A stretch of DNA of 64,000 nt from Gammaproteobacteria bacterium (GTDB lineage Bacteria > Pseudomonadota > Gammaproteobacteria > JAUIAT01). The translations under genes and the position numbers were made by a program. Below, piece after piece: positions 1-10,969 of the stretch. The stretch covers positions 8,784 through 72,783 of the forward strand of contig JAUIAT010000005.1 in assembly GCA_030425295.1 (NCBI GenBank), given 5' to 3'. The notes under the pieces are model-generated. The model searched no databases, was not told the origin of the DNA, and saw nothing but the letters and a program-made list of their open reading frames with translations. Each line of letters starts with the position of its first letter. The first letter of the stretch is position 1.

Positions 1-1327
1 CAGGAATTTTACCTGGAATAGGATGCAACTCACCCACCGTAAGCCTATTATCTATTAAATATTTTTTAGCAACTCTTTGTATATCTGCAGGGGTCACTGC
101 CTTAATATTTGCAACCCAACCATCAACCCACTCAAGTGGAATATTAACAACTAGCGCCCTACCTAGTTCAAAAGCAAGATAAAATTGCGAGTCTTTTTGA
201 TAGGTATCACTAGCAAGCAGCTGTCTTTGAGCTCGCCTTAACTCTTTATTTGATAATTTATTACTTTGTAGGTATTTAATTTCATCAAACAATGCCTGCT
301 TAACAGTTTCAAGTTTAATACCTGACAAAGGGCTTGCCATAATTGTAAATAATCCATTTAATCTCTGGGCTATTGAGTAATCAATATCAGCTCCACCTAC
401 CAGATGTTGCTTGCGGACTAAATCACGGACAAACATACTATTTTCGCCAGAAGATAAAACTGAGCTCAAAACCTGTAGAGCATATGCATCTTTTTTATTT
501 TCTGCTGTTTTATACACGGGAACATTATAACCAAGTATTAACCAAGGCAAATTGGCTGGCGCATTGACTACAATTTTTTTAATACCTTTGGTTGGGGGAT
601 TAAGTTGAAAGCTATGATCTGGAACATGCCCACTCGGAATTGAGCCAAAATATTTTTCAGCCAAAGTTTTAACTTCATCCGCTTTTAAATCACCAGAGAC
701 AACAAGAATTGCATTACTTGGAACATACCAATCCGTATACCACATTTCTGCTTGCTGCATACTCATTTTTTTCAGATCGCTCATCCAACCAACCACAGGA
801 TTATGATAAGGATGGGCAACTTGAGCAGTAGCTTTAAATAGTTCATAAGTTGAGGCAATTGGCTGATCATCAGTTCGAAGGCGTCTCTCCTCCATAACAA
901 CCTGTCTTTCTTTTTCAAAAATCTTTTGATTAAAAACAACATTTTGCATGCGATCAGCTTCTAACCTAAAAGCTGTTGATAAGTTTTTCTTCAGCAAAGT
1001 CTCATGATACATTGTGAAATCATCGCTAGTCATGGCATTTGATTCAGCACCAACCGACTGCATAATTTTTGCAAAATCATCAGCCGAGTGATTTTTTGTT
1101 CCTTGAAATAGTAAGTGCTCTAGAAGATGAGATATACCACCAAGACCTGGCGGCTCATAAGAGGAACCGACCTTATACCAAACTTGTAGTGTTGCTGATT
1201 GGGATCTATGATCTGGCTTAAGGACAACAGTCAAACCATTATTTAACTTAAACTGGGTAACATCTGTTTGAGCTGTAGCTGAAAATGACAAAAACAAGCC
1301 CAACAGTAAAGCAGTCCATTGCTTCAT
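1..1327 (-). CDS. M16 (pitrilysin/insulinase) family zinc peptidase; the 3' end lies beyond the window edge
   Basis: Hand translation from the ATG at 1327-1325 gives MKQWTALLLGLFLSFSATAQ (signal peptide), then GGISHLLEHLLFQGTKN, the inverted zincin HxxEH motif. The frame stays open to base 1, so it is absent from the ORF track. Confidence 0.8.
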   Translation of the reverse strand, partial: MKQWTALLLGLFLSFSATAQTDVTQFKLNNGLTVVLKPDHRSQSATLQVWYKVGSSYEPPGLGGISHLLEHLLFQGTKNHSADDFAKIMQSVGAESNAMTSDDFTMYHETLLKKNLSTAFRLEADRMQNVVFNQKIFEKERQVVMEERRLRTDDQPIASTYELFKATAQVAHPYHNPVVGWMSDLKKMSMQQAEMWYTDWYVPSNAILVVSGDLKADEVKTLAEKYFGSIPSGHVPDHSFQLNPPTKGIKKIVVNAPANLPWLILGYNVPVYKTAENKKDAYALQVLSSVLSSGENSMFVRDLVRKQHLVGGADIDYSIAQRLNGLFTIMASPLSGIKLETVKQALFDEIKYLQSNKLSNKELRRAQRQLLASDTYQKDSQFYLAFELGRALVVNIPLEWVDGWVANIKAVTPADIQRVAKKYLIDNRLTVGELHPIPGKIP

Positions 1328-1366
1328 TATATCTTCCTAGTGAACGTAATTATTAACTCATTATAA

Positions 1367-2113
1367 CTATAAAATTTCCTTAAAGAAATCAACAGCATAA
1401 CGATAAGTTCGTTCGGCCGCAGTTTTATCATAAATACGACCCATGGATAGCTCCTTTTCAGGATCAAAAGAACCAGTTCTTGGATCAGTAAAAGAATGTG
1501 CGGCATTACCAAACATTGTGAAAGTCCAATCCGTAACATCGGCCTCAATCATCTCCTGGGCAAAACCATCAAAAGTTTTAGGCGGAACTTGTGGATCCTT
1601 ATAACCATGAAGGACCAACAAACTAGCTTTAATTTTCTCGGTAACAAGCTCATCTGATTTTGCTAAAACACCATGCGCACTTACACCTGCCTTAAAATCA
1701 GCTCCAGAACGGGCTAATTCAAGTACGCACATACCACCAAAACAGAACCCCATACTGCCAATTTTATCTTCCAAAACTAGTTCTTGATTACGGGCCACCT
1801 CCCAAGCCAAGCGTGCACGGCGGCGAACTAGACTACGATCTTCCAAAAATGGCGTAATTAGGCGGAAACAATCTTCAATATCTGACGCTACATAGCCGTC
1901 ACCATACATGTCGACAGCAAATACAACATAGCCTTCTTGAGCCAACCATTCTGCATATTCGATAACAAACTCACCTAAACCTTCGAAAGCATGATAAATA
2001 ATAACGGCAGGTTGCGGTTCTGAAATATCATTTTTATGAATTAGTTGACCTACTAGCCTTTGATCTCCGTCAAAATACTCAATTTCTTTTTTGTACATTA
2101 CTGTTCCTTGCAT
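1367..2113 (-). CDS. dienelactone hydrolase family protein
   Basis: 248-aa ORF with an alpha/beta-hydrolase layout and nucleophile elbow GFCFGG. An AAGGAA RBS favours the internal ATG at 2098 (MYKKEIEYF). Confidence 0.75.
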   Translation of the reverse strand: MQGTVMYKKEIEYFDGDQRLVGQLIHKNDISEPQPAVIIYHAFEGLGEFVIEYAEWLAQEGYVVFAVDMYGDGYVASDIEDCFRLITPFLEDRSLVRRRARLAWEVARNQELVLEDKIGSMGFCFGGMCVLELARSGADFKAGVSAHGVLAKSDELVTEKIKASLLVLHGYKDPQVPPKTFDGFAQEMIEADVTDWTFTMFGNAAHSFTDPRTGSFDPEKELSMGRIYDKTAAERTYRYAVDFFKEIL

Positions 2114-2282
2114 TATCGATTAATTATATCCATAAAAATAACACCCAAAGTACAGTATTGCTAGAGGTTTGACATTGATTTAGGATCTGCTAAAAGAATA
2201 TATAGAGATTAAAAATATCATTAAAGTCTTATCAAAAATACTAAAACCATCCTGCACTATCTGTAGAAAAAAATCAGACACA

Positions 2283-2912
2283 ATGACTAGCTTATGCTCT
2301 AGCTGTGTAGATAATTTACCGTTAATTAAAAAACCGTGCTTAACATGTGCAACACCAATGCCCGACAACTCAAGATCTATAAAATGTGGCAAATGTATAA
2401 TACATCCTCCCATCCAAACTAAAACAATCTCAGCATTTGAATATAAGCAGCCCGTCGATCAATTAATCACTAAATATAAATTTCATTATGACTTCACCGC
2501 CGGGCATATCCTTATCAAAACATTCATAAAATCAATTAAGCAAAATAACTCCAACCTACCAGAAGCAATAATTCCAGTGCCTCTACACAGAAAAAAAATA
2601 AAAAGAAGGGGGTTTAACCAATCAATTGAAATAGCAAAAATTATAGTTAAAGATCTAGGCATACCTATCCTAAGAAGTCATGTTATTAGAATTAAAAATA
2701 CCGATCCACAGTCTTCACTCCCATCAAACAAAAGAACTGATAATTTAAAAAATGCATTTGAATTAAAAAAAGAGATCCCTTACAAACACATAGCAATTAT
2801 TGACGATATTTATACAACTGGATCGACAATAACTAGTGTAGCGAAATTACTAAAGAAAAATGGCGTAGAAAATATTGAGATTTGGTGTTTAGCAAGAGCT
2901 ACCCTAAGGTAG
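2283..2912 (+). CDS. comF: ComF family protein (amidophosphoribosyltransferase-like, competence-associated)
   Basis: N-terminal Cys pairs (CSSC, CLTC, CGKC) and a C-terminal PRTase motif IIDDIYTTGSTI. Confidence 0.8.
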   Translation: MTSLCSSCVDNLPLIKKPCLTCATPMPDNSRSIKCGKCIIHPPIQTKTISAFEYKQPVDQLITKYKFHYDFTAGHILIKTFIKSIKQNNSNLPEAIIPVPLHRKKIKRRGFNQSIEIAKIIVKDLGIPILRSHVIRIKNTDPQSSLPSNKRTDNLKNAFELKKEIPYKHIAIIDDIYTTGSTITSVAKLLKKNGVENIEIWCLARATLR

Positions 2913-3145
2913 CTTGGCCGAAGAAGAAACTAATGTTACGCAGTCTTAGGATCTGTTAACAATTCATCTTGCAGCTGCAAATCCAGATAATTATAGCAGA
3001 CAAGGAAAAAACTAAAACGTTTTATTTTGAGAGAAAATAGGGCGAAAATTTCCGAAAAAGCGACGCAATGTATTATTTACACATAAGCGGCTTTTGAAGC
3101 GGGTTTTTCGCCCTAGATTGCCTAAAATAGAGCTCTAGTAACTAT

Positions 3146-4570
3146 TTACTTTTTCTTTTTCTTTGGCATGTATAGATCGGTAATAGTACCTTCATAGATC
3201 TCACTAGCCATCATAATACTCTCAGATAAGGTAGGATGAGGGTGAATAGTCAAACCAATATCTTCAGCATCAGCACCCATCTCAATTGCCAAGCAAAGCT
3301 CACCAATCAACTCACCAGCATTAACACCAACAATAGCAGCACCAAGCAAACGGTTAGTTTTAGGGTCAAATAAAAGCTTAGTTTTACCTTCAGTTCTACC
3401 AACACTCAAAGCACGCCCACTTGCCATCCAAGGGAATACAGCAGCTTCATACTCAACACCTTTTTCTTTGGCTTCTTTTTCAGTAAGACCAGCCCAAGCA
3501 ATTTCTGGATCAGTATAAGCAACAGAAGGAATGCACTGAGCATCCATGAAGTGTTTTTTCCCTGCAATTACTTCAGCAGCTAGACGACCTTCGTGCACAG
3601 CTTTGTGAGCCAGCATTGGCTGACCGACGATATCACCAATTGCAAAAATATTAGATTGATTAGTGCGCATTTGATTATCTACTTCGATAAAGCCACGATC
3701 AGTAACTACAACGCCTGCAGCCTCAGCACCAAGCTTGTCACCATTTGGACGACGGCCAACACCAACAAGTATTTGATCATAACGCTCTGGTTTTTCAGGC
3801 GCATTCTTACCTTCAAAAGTAACATAAAGACCATCTTTCTTAGCCTCAACAGCTGTTACTTTAGTCTCAAGCATAATGTTCTCATAACGAGATTTAATAT
3901 GCTTATAGAAAGGATCAACTATATCTTTATCAGCAGCTGGGATTAATTGGTCCATAAACTCAACTACAGAGATGTCACAGCCTAGAGCATCATAGACATT
4001 AGCCATCTCAAGACCAATAATGCCACCGCCTAGCACGAGCATACGGCCTTTAGTATTTTTAAGTTGCAGTGCTCCAGTTGAATTAAAGATACGGTCATCT
4101 TCAGGCAAGAAAGGCAAGTTAATAGGCTCAGATCCTGCTGCAATAATTGCATTTTCAAATTCAACTACAGTTTTGCCATCTTTGGTTTCCACTTCTAATT
4201 CATTGGCAGAAATAAATTTACCAACTCCGGTAACAACTTCAACTTTACGCTTCTTAGCCATCATGCCAAGACCGCCTGTTAAGCGACCCACAACTTGATT
4301 GTCTTTCCATTCAAGCAGCTTTTTAACATCAATCTTTGGTTTGCCAAATTCAATACCATGAGCGGCCATTTCACTTGCTTCATTAATAACCTTTGCTGCA
4401 TGCAAAAGCGCTTTAGAAGGAATACAGCCAACATTTAAACAAACACCACCAAGTGTTTCATAACGTTCAACAAGAATAACTTTTTTGCCTAGATCAGCGG
4501 CTCGGAAAGCTGCAGAGTAACCCCCAGGGCCACTACCTAGAACAACTACTTCAGTTTGTAACTTACTCAT
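3146..4570 (-). CDS. lpdA: dihydrolipoyl dehydrogenase (E3)
   Basis: FAD motif GSGPGGY, redox-active disulfide CLNVGCIPSK, C-terminal HPHPTLSE. Lies downstream of aceE-aceF. Confidence 0.95.
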   Translation of the reverse strand: MSKLQTEVVVLGSGPGGYSAAFRAADLGKKVILVERYETLGGVCLNVGCIPSKALLHAAKVINEASEMAAHGIEFGKPKIDVKKLLEWKDNQVVGRLTGGLGMMAKKRKVEVVTGVGKFISANELEVETKDGKTVVEFENAIIAAGSEPINLPFLPEDDRIFNSTGALQLKNTKGRMLVLGGGIIGLEMANVYDALGCDISVVEFMDQLIPAADKDIVDPFYKHIKSRYENIMLETKVTAVEAKKDGLYVTFEGKNAPEKPERYDQILVGVGRRPNGDKLGAEAAGVVVTDRGFIEVDNQMRTNQSNIFAIGDIVGQPMLAHKAVHEGRLAAEVIAGKKHFMDAQCIPSVAYTDPEIAWAGLTEKEAKEKGVEYEAAVFPWMASGRALSVGRTEGKTKLLFDPKTNRLLGAAIVGVNAGELIGELCLAIEMGADAEDIGLTIHPHPTLSESIMMASEIYEGTITDLYMPKKKKK

Positions 4571-4592
4571 AAATACTCCAATACTTTAAAAA

Positions 4593-5864
4593 TCACAGAA
4601 TTAACGTACGCAAATCAGCTAAGCAACTAGACAAAAACCGGCAGAATCTAGCAGCTTCTGCACCGTCAATTACGCGATGGTCATAAGATAAAGAAAACGG
4701 CAATATCAATTTAGGAATAAACTCGCCGTTCTCATAAACTGGCTTCATGCTTGATTTAGAAACACCTAAGATTGCTACTTCAGGCGCATTAACTATCGGG
4801 GTAAATCCTGTTCCACCAATACCGCCAAGACTTGAAATGGTAAACGAACCACCCTGTAGATCCCCAGGTTTAAGTTGTTTATTTCGAGCCTTTTCACTTA
4901 TTTCTCCAAGCTCTGCAGCTAATTCAAAAATACCTTTTTGATCAACATCTCTAACGACTGGCACCACCAATCCATCAGGTGTATCAACTGCAACTCCAAT
5001 GTGGTAATACTGCTTCAGAAGCAACGCATCACCTTCAGGAGATAGAGAGCTATTGAATGTAGGAAATTCTTTAAGAGCAGCAACTGCCGCTTTCATAATA
5101 AAAGCAAGAGGCGTTAAGCGAATATTTTTTTGGCCCGCAACTTTCTTTTGTGCCTGACGGAATGCTTCAAGATCAGTTATATCAGCCTCTTCAAATTGTG
5201 TCACATGGGGAATATTAACCCAACATCGATGCATGTGCTCAGCTGTAAGACGCTTAATTTTATTTAGAGGCATCTTTTCGATATCACCGAACTTAGTAAA
5301 ATCAACGGGAGGTATTCCAGGAAGAGCAGAACCGCCGCCACCGGTAGTCATTTGTTTTTTCACAAAGCTCAATACGTCTTCTTTTACAACACGACCTTTA
5401 GGACCTGAACCAGGAACAGATGACAAATTAACCCCTAGCTCAAATGCCATACGACGAACCCCAGGACCGGCATGAACGCTAGAATCATCTGGCATAACCA
5501 CTTTTGCTGGAGTAGGTGCTGCCTTAGGACTCTCATCAACCATCTCTACCTTTGTAGCAGGCTTCTCTTGAGCAGGTTCTTCTGATTTTACTTCTTCTTT
5601 AATAGGAATGTCTTCAGTTGTCTCTCCAGAAACTTCCATAGTACCTAAAAGATCACCCTCAGATACTTTATCCCCTTCGTCAACAGCAATTGTCTTAATC
5701 ACACCTGCAAATGGTGATGGAATTTCCATGGATGCTTTATCGCCCTCAAGAGTGACAATTGGGTCATTAGCCTCTATAGAGTCTCCAACTTGGACATTAA
5801 GCTCAATAACATCAACGCCAGCAGCGCCGCCTAAATCAGGAATTTTAATTTCTTTTATAGCCAC
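4593..5864 (-). CDS. aceF: pyruvate dehydrogenase E2, dihydrolipoyllysine acetyltransferase (single lipoyl domain)
   Basis: Lipoyl-lysine motif EGDKASMEIP, E3-binding domain GPGVRRMAFELGVNL, catalytic DHRVIDGA. A GTG at 5864 behind a GGGAGA RBS gives MAIKEIKIPDLG. The ORF-track TTG start at 5897 would overlap the aceE stop. Confidence 0.93.
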   Translation of the reverse strand: MAIKEIKIPDLGGAAGVDVIELNVQVGDSIEANDPIVTLEGDKASMEIPSPFAGVIKTIAVDEGDKVSEGDLLGTMEVSGETTEDIPIKEEVKSEEPAQEKPATKVEMVDESPKAAPTPAKVVMPDDSSVHAGPGVRRMAFELGVNLSSVPGSGPKGRVVKEDVLSFVKKQMTTGGGGSALPGIPPVDFTKFGDIEKMPLNKIKRLTAEHMHRCWVNIPHVTQFEEADITDLEAFRQAQKKVAGQKNIRLTPLAFIMKAAVAALKEFPTFNSSLSPEGDALLLKQYYHIGVAVDTPDGLVVPVVRDVDQKGIFELAAELGEISEKARNKQLKPGDLQGGSFTISSLGGIGGTGFTPIVNAPEVAILGVSKSSMKPVYENGEFIPKLILPFSLSYDHRVIDGAEAARFCRFLSSCLADLRTLIL

Positions 5865-5884
5865 TTTAATAACTCTCCCAGGCC

Positions 5885-8569
5885 TTAGGTTGTCCAAGGA
5901 TCCAAACGCTTAGGATCAATGCCAAACTTTTTCATTGCAGATTTAACAGACTCTTTAGGAACTTCGCCTCTATCTGCTAAAACTTTTAGAGTTAAGTAAA
6001 CAACCCAACCGGCATTTACTTCAAAATACTTTCTTAATTCAGATCGAGTATCACTACGACCATAACCATCAGTACCAAGCACATGATAGTCGCCAGGAAC
6101 ATATTGCCTGATTTGATCAGCATGAAGTCTAATGTAATCAGAAGTTGCGACAACGGGGCCTTTAGTACCCTTCAGGCAATCACTAACGTAAGTAGTTTTA
6201 TGTTGTTTAGGATCTAAATGGAGACTATTATACCTCTCAACATCCATACCATCTCGTCTTAACTCGCTGAAGCTTGTAACGCTCCAAACACTTGTCGCCA
6301 CACTATATTCATTTTCAAGAATTTCTGAAGCTTTAATTACTTCATTTAAAATTGTACCAGAACCTAGCAACTGCGCTTCGACTTTAGCTTTAGAAGAAGA
6401 TTTTTTAAATCTATACATTCCCTTCTTAATACCTTCTTCAACACCTTTTGGCATGGCTGGATGGGTATAATTTTCATTCATTACCGAGATGTAATAATAG
6501 ATATCCTGTTGATCCACATACATTTTCTGCATACCATCATGCATTATAACTGCAAGTTCATAAGCAAACGCTGGATCATAAGCTCGACAAGAAGGAACAA
6601 AACTAAACATTAAATGATTGTGGCCATCCTGATGTTGCAAACCTTCGCCAGCAAGAGTTGTACGACCTGCTGTAGCTCCTAGCAAAAAGCCTCTAGCTCT
6701 TATATCACCAGCAAGCCAGCACAAATCGCCCGTTCTCTGGAAACCGAACATAGAGTAATAAATATAAATAGGTAGCATTGGCAAATCATTATTTGCATAA
6801 GAGGTTGCAGCGGCTAACCAACTTGCCATTGACCCAGACTCAGATAAACCTTCTTCAAGCAACTGCCCATCCTTGGCCTCACGATAAGCCATAATCTGAG
6901 ACTGATCATATGATTCATAACGTTGACCAACTGCAGAGTAGACCCCGATTTGACGAAATAAACCTTCCATACCAAACGTACGTGCCTCATCTGCAACAAT
7001 TGGCACAATATGTTTTTTTAATTCTTTTTGCTTCAACAAAACACCGATGATTCTGACAAACGCCATAGTTGTCGAAATTTCATGATCACCTGTACCCTCT
7101 AAAAGCTTATTAAATGCAGCGAGCTCGGGTATATTCAATTTTTGTTTGCCCGGGTGACGAGCAGGAAGATAACCCCCGAGAGTTTTACGCTGTTTATGCA
7201 TAAATTTAATCTCAGGACTATTCTTTTCAGGGATATAATAATCTACTTTCTCTATTTGCTTATCAGATAGAGGCAAACCAAAACGCTTGCAGAACACCTT
7301 CAAATCATCAGAAGACATTTTCTTTGACTGATGAGCAGGGTTCATTCCCTCACCTGCCGAGCCCATACCATAACCCTTAACAGTTTTAGCTAAAATTACT
7401 GTGGGGCGACCATTATTCAAAGAAACAGCTTTTTTATAGGCATTGTACATTTTGTTAAAATCATGTCCGCCATACTCAAGCTCTAACAGATCTTTATCAG
7501 TCCAATCGGCTATCATTGCAGCAAGCTCAGGATCTCGTCCAAAGAAGTTTTCTCTAAGATACTCTGGACCGTTCACATTAAAACGCTGGAAATCTCCATC
7601 AACGCAATCAGTTAAATGTTTAAGCAAGGTTCCATTGTGATCTTTTGCAAAAAGCTCATCCCATTTACTATTCCAAAGAACTTTAATTACATTCCATCCA
7701 GCACCACGATATAAACTATCAAACTCTTGAATCACTTTACCGCTTGCACGAACTGGGCCATCTAAGCGGAGTAAATTACAGTTAACAACAAAGATAAGGT
7801 TATCAAGTCTTTCACGCGCGGCTATAGATAAAGCACCTGCAGATTCTGGCTCATCCATCTCACCATCGCCCAAAAATGCCCAGATTTTGCGTTCAGAATG
7901 TTCGCCAAGCCCTCTGTTATCTAGGTACTTAATAAATCTTGCCTGATAAATTGCTTGCAAAGGACCAAGCCCCATAGAAACTGTTGGCAGGCTCCAATAC
8001 TCTGGCATTAACCAAGGATGAGGGTATGAACTTAAACCTTTAGCATTTGCTTCTTGTCGAAAGCGATCAAGCTCATCCTCTGAAAATCTACCTTCAAGAA
8101 ATGATCTCGCATACATGCCTGGGGATGCATGACCTTGGTAAAAAATAAGATCAGCTCCTCTATTTTTGGTAGCAGCTTTAAAAAAGTATTGAAAACCAAC
8201 CTCGTATAATACAGCTGAAGATGCATAAGTTGCTATATGTCCACCTAACTCAGGAGCTCTTTTACCAGCTCTAACAACCATGGCCATAGAGTTCCATCTA
8301 AGATATGAAAGTAACTTACGAGCGTTATCAAGATCTTTTTGAGGCAGATTTTCTTCTTTTTCTGCAGGGATAGTATTCAGATATGCGGTTGCGGTTGCAA
8401 CTGGAGGAGTCACGCCAGCCTGTTCAGCTTCAAGCGCCAGTTGACTCAAGAGAAACCTAGCTCTTTCTTCGCCTTCAACACGTATTACCGAAGCTAACGC
8501 TTGACGCCATTCAGCTGTCTCAGGTGGGTCAATATCGTACCCATTTTGTCCGAAAATTTCCTCTGCCAT
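5885..8569 (-). CDS. aceE: pyruvate dehydrogenase E1 component (homodimeric type)
   Basis: About 890 aa. The N-terminus DPPETAEWRQALASVIRVEGEERA resembles E. coli AceE. The ATG at 8569 (MAEEIFGQ) is more plausible than the track's GTG at 8602. Confidence 0.95.
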   Translation of the reverse strand: MAEEIFGQNGYDIDPPETAEWRQALASVIRVEGEERARFLLSQLALEAEQAGVTPPVATATAYLNTIPAEKEENLPQKDLDNARKLLSYLRWNSMAMVVRAGKRAPELGGHIATYASSAVLYEVGFQYFFKAATKNRGADLIFYQGHASPGMYARSFLEGRFSEDELDRFRQEANAKGLSSYPHPWLMPEYWSLPTVSMGLGPLQAIYQARFIKYLDNRGLGEHSERKIWAFLGDGEMDEPESAGALSIAARERLDNLIFVVNCNLLRLDGPVRASGKVIQEFDSLYRGAGWNVIKVLWNSKWDELFAKDHNGTLLKHLTDCVDGDFQRFNVNGPEYLRENFFGRDPELAAMIADWTDKDLLELEYGGHDFNKMYNAYKKAVSLNNGRPTVILAKTVKGYGMGSAGEGMNPAHQSKKMSSDDLKVFCKRFGLPLSDKQIEKVDYYIPEKNSPEIKFMHKQRKTLGGYLPARHPGKQKLNIPELAAFNKLLEGTGDHEISTTMAFVRIIGVLLKQKELKKHIVPIVADEARTFGMEGLFRQIGVYSAVGQRYESYDQSQIMAYREAKDGQLLEEGLSESGSMASWLAAATSYANNDLPMLPIYIYYSMFGFQRTGDLCWLAGDIRARGFLLGATAGRTTLAGEGLQHQDGHNHLMFSFVPSCRAYDPAFAYELAVIMHDGMQKMYVDQQDIYYYISVMNENYTHPAMPKGVEEGIKKGMYRFKKSSSKAKVEAQLLGSGTILNEVIKASEILENEYSVATSVWSVTSFSELRRDGMDVERYNSLHLDPKQHKTTYVSDCLKGTKGPVVATSDYIRLHADQIRQYVPGDYHVLGTDGYGRSDTRSELRKYFEVNAGWVVYLTLKVLADRGEVPKESVKSAMKKFGIDPKRLDPWTT

Positions 8570-8702
8570 ATCTACCCTTTTAGCAATTCGTTTGGTCGGC
8601 ACATGTTAACATGGAATTGTTATCTGATCCAGCACACCCTGCGCCGCATTTAAGCCTTGCTACGAAGATAAAATAAAAGAGCAGCAAGAGCATTAAACCA
8701 AA

Positions 8703-9563
8703 TCACCAGAGGGTAATCATAGCCATGACAACTAACCAGATAATAACTGCCCTTTCAAGCATTTTCACACCGTCAAGTACAACTTTTCCAGCGCCATTGG
8801 CTTTTAGATTAGACTCAAACTCAAGAGCGTCAAAACCTGCATCAAGGTATTTCTCTTCGCTTCCTTTAAGGCCAGCTGGCAATAGTTTTACTATAGAGTT
8901 AAATGCGGGGCCAAATTGTCCAGCCAAGGCAAAGCTTACTGCTGCCAAACGCTGTGGAACCCAATCAAAAATTGCCTTTAAAGCCGCCGCCTTTCCTTTC
9001 AAAGCAGGGCCAAGTGGTTTTTTCTCACCAGCAACATAGCCGACTAAGTTTTCAATAAAACAGTAAAGCAAAGCCCCCTCTGGACCAAACAAGAAAAACC
9101 AGAAAACAACACCAAACACCCAAATCAATGACTTATTCAGCAAACTGTTAATAACAGCTTTAGCAACTGCTTTTTCATTAGCTTGTACAGCAGAACCACT
9201 AAACTGACTAGCAGCTCCTGCAGCGGCCTTCCAATCTTCTTTTTTACAAGCTGCAAAAAATTCTTTTAAATCAATCCTAACGTTACTTACTTTCAAACAA
9301 TATAAAAGAGCTAAAAGGCCAAACAAAAGTTCAGGCAAGTTAAAGCCCCAATCTAAGGTTAGATACTCAATAATTTCTACAATAATTAGCAGAGGAAGAA
9401 TAGCTATAACTAAATCACCATAACCACCCCAAAGAGGAGATGACCCCATCAGCCTACGCAACCCCTTCCAGTAATGCTCAAATATATCAAAACGCTGCAA
9501 AGCCTCACCCCAGGCTGAGAACCACTGAAAAAGCACGGCAATCAATATAACAAAAAAAGTCAT
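8703..9563 (-). CDS. ampE: AmpE-like inner-membrane protein (CobD/CbiB superfamily)
   Basis: 286-aa polytopic protein. The motif DWVPQRLAAVSFALAG matches E. coli AmpE DWVPVRLAGVVYALIG. It lies next to aceE, as in E. coli. Confidence 0.65.
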   Translation of the reverse strand: MTFFVILIAVLFQWFSAWGEALQRFDIFEHYWKGLRRLMGSSPLWGGYGDLVIAILPLLIIVEIIEYLTLDWGFNLPELLFGLLALLYCLKVSNVRIDLKEFFAACKKEDWKAAAGAASQFSGSAVQANEKAVAKAVINSLLNKSLIWVFGVVFWFFLFGPEGALLYCFIENLVGYVAGEKKPLGPALKGKAAALKAIFDWVPQRLAAVSFALAGQFGPAFNSIVKLLPAGLKGSEEKYLDAGFDALEFESNLKANGAGKVVLDGVKMLERAVIIWLVVMAMITLW

Positions 9564-9791
9564 AACCCACTCCCTTGAAAGGCATTCCTATTATTTATAG
9601 TATAAACAATGAGTTATGCAAACTCAACTTTAGACCCTATTAATAAATAATCTTTACGGCCGAAAATGCATATCATTCGTGCAAACTTGCCCTTTAACTT
9701 ATTAAATAGCTAAAATATTCCCCTCATTAAAGGACAAATTTTTACTAAATTCTTAGCAGTTTAGCTCTGAAACACGAATTGTAAACAGACC

Positions 9792-10961
9792 CTAGTCGCG
9801 ACGCAGCCTCTCTTTGGTGGCCAAAGGCGTCGGATAAAGCATAACCACAATATATGAAGAGATAACAAATGTAATTATGGTAGTTGTTTGCAGCATATAG
9901 CTCGCTGTACTATCAATCAAACCAGACATAAGAGCCACAGAGGTGACCAACAAAGAAAATTCACTAACTTGGCCAAGTCTGACACCAACTTCATTGGCAA
10001 CATGTTTAGTTTCCTGAACATTACGGAGCAGAAAAGAAAACACTGCTGGCTTAACAAGAAGAATGACTGCGGCCAAAACCAAAGATGGGATAATAACTTC
10101 TGGAAGAACGTTTAAATTCAAACCCGCACCAATAGAGAAGAAAAACATCACCAAGAAGAAATCACGCAAAGGCCTTAAACTTTCAGCAATATAGAATGAC
10201 AATGGGTTAGCCGCCAAAGACACCCCTCCCAAAAATGCCCCAATCTCATATGACAAGCCAGATTTATGGCCAAGCACAGACAGGGTCAAACACCAGCCGA
10301 CTGCCACTAGAAAAGTATATTCACGAATACGGTCAAACCTTGCTAAAAGGGGGCGTAAAACATAACGCTCCACAACAAAAGCAAATAACAAAAGACCCGG
10401 CAAAGCACCCAACAACCAGGCAATATCAATCCACACAAAGGTGTCAGTACCAGCAGCATTTAAAGCCAATAAAGTAGCAATAGCGATCAAATCTTGCATC
10501 AAAAGAACACTAATCATTACCTCACCAGTATGCTGATGATGCAAGACTGTCGTCGGTAATAACTTCAAACCAATAATGGTACTTGAAAATATCATTGCAG
10601 CACCAACAACACAGGCAGCTTCCCAACTGTAACCAAACAAACGACTTATAATCACACCTACAGCAAAAAATACTATGGCGCTAATTACAGTAACCAAACT
10701 GGTGCGCCTAAACATTTGCAATAAATTTTGTGGGTGAAGATGCAATCCTAGGAGAAACAGAAGGAATAGTATACCTGTCTCACCAATTACATGAACAATT
10801 CGCAGATCGGTTATCATTGCGGCACCCCAGGGGCCAACTACAATACCCAATACAATATATCCAACTAACAAAGATTGTCTTGTAAAAAGAGCTGCTGTTG
10901 AAAACACACTAGCTCCAGCGAAAATCAAAAACAATGAAAAAATAAAATCGTATGGATACAT
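9792..10961 (-). CDS. cation:proton antiporter (Na+/H+ exchanger / Kef-like membrane domain, no KTN domain)
   Basis: 389 aa, about 11-12 hydrophobic helices, a profile typical of the CPA family. Confidence 0.75.
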   Translation of the reverse strand: MYPYDFIFSLFLIFAGASVFSTAALFTRQSLLVGYIVLGIVVGPWGAAMITDLRIVHVIGETGILFLLFLLGLHLHPQNLLQMFRRTSLVTVISAIVFFAVGVIISRLFGYSWEAACVVGAAMIFSSTIIGLKLLPTTVLHHQHTGEVMISVLLMQDLIAIATLLALNAAGTDTFVWIDIAWLLGALPGLLLFAFVVERYVLRPLLARFDRIREYTFLVAVGWCLTLSVLGHKSGLSYEIGAFLGGVSLAANPLSFYIAESLRPLRDFFLVMFFFSIGAGLNLNVLPEVIIPSLVLAAVILLVKPAVFSFLLRNVQETKHVANEVGVRLGQVSEFSLLVTSVALMSGLIDSTASYMLQTTTIITFVISSYIVVMLYPTPLATKERLRRD

Positions 10962-10969
10962 TTAACTAC

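Noticed and set aside
2929-2965. 15-nt exact match ATGTTACGCAGTCTT shared (inverted) between the comF 3' flank and the MFS 3' flank at 62104-62118. Considered as a fourth repeat family.
   Set aside because: A single 15-mer match is roughly what chance predicts for all-against-all comparison of 64 kb on both strands. The flanking similarity is weak.
3038-3115. Long imperfect inverted repeat AGGGCGAAAA...TTTTCGCCCT downstream of lpdA. Considered as a MITE or terminator.
   Set aside because: The outer 10 bp pair well but the interior pairs poorly. There is no second copy in the window and no T-tract, so it is kept only as a possible weak terminator.
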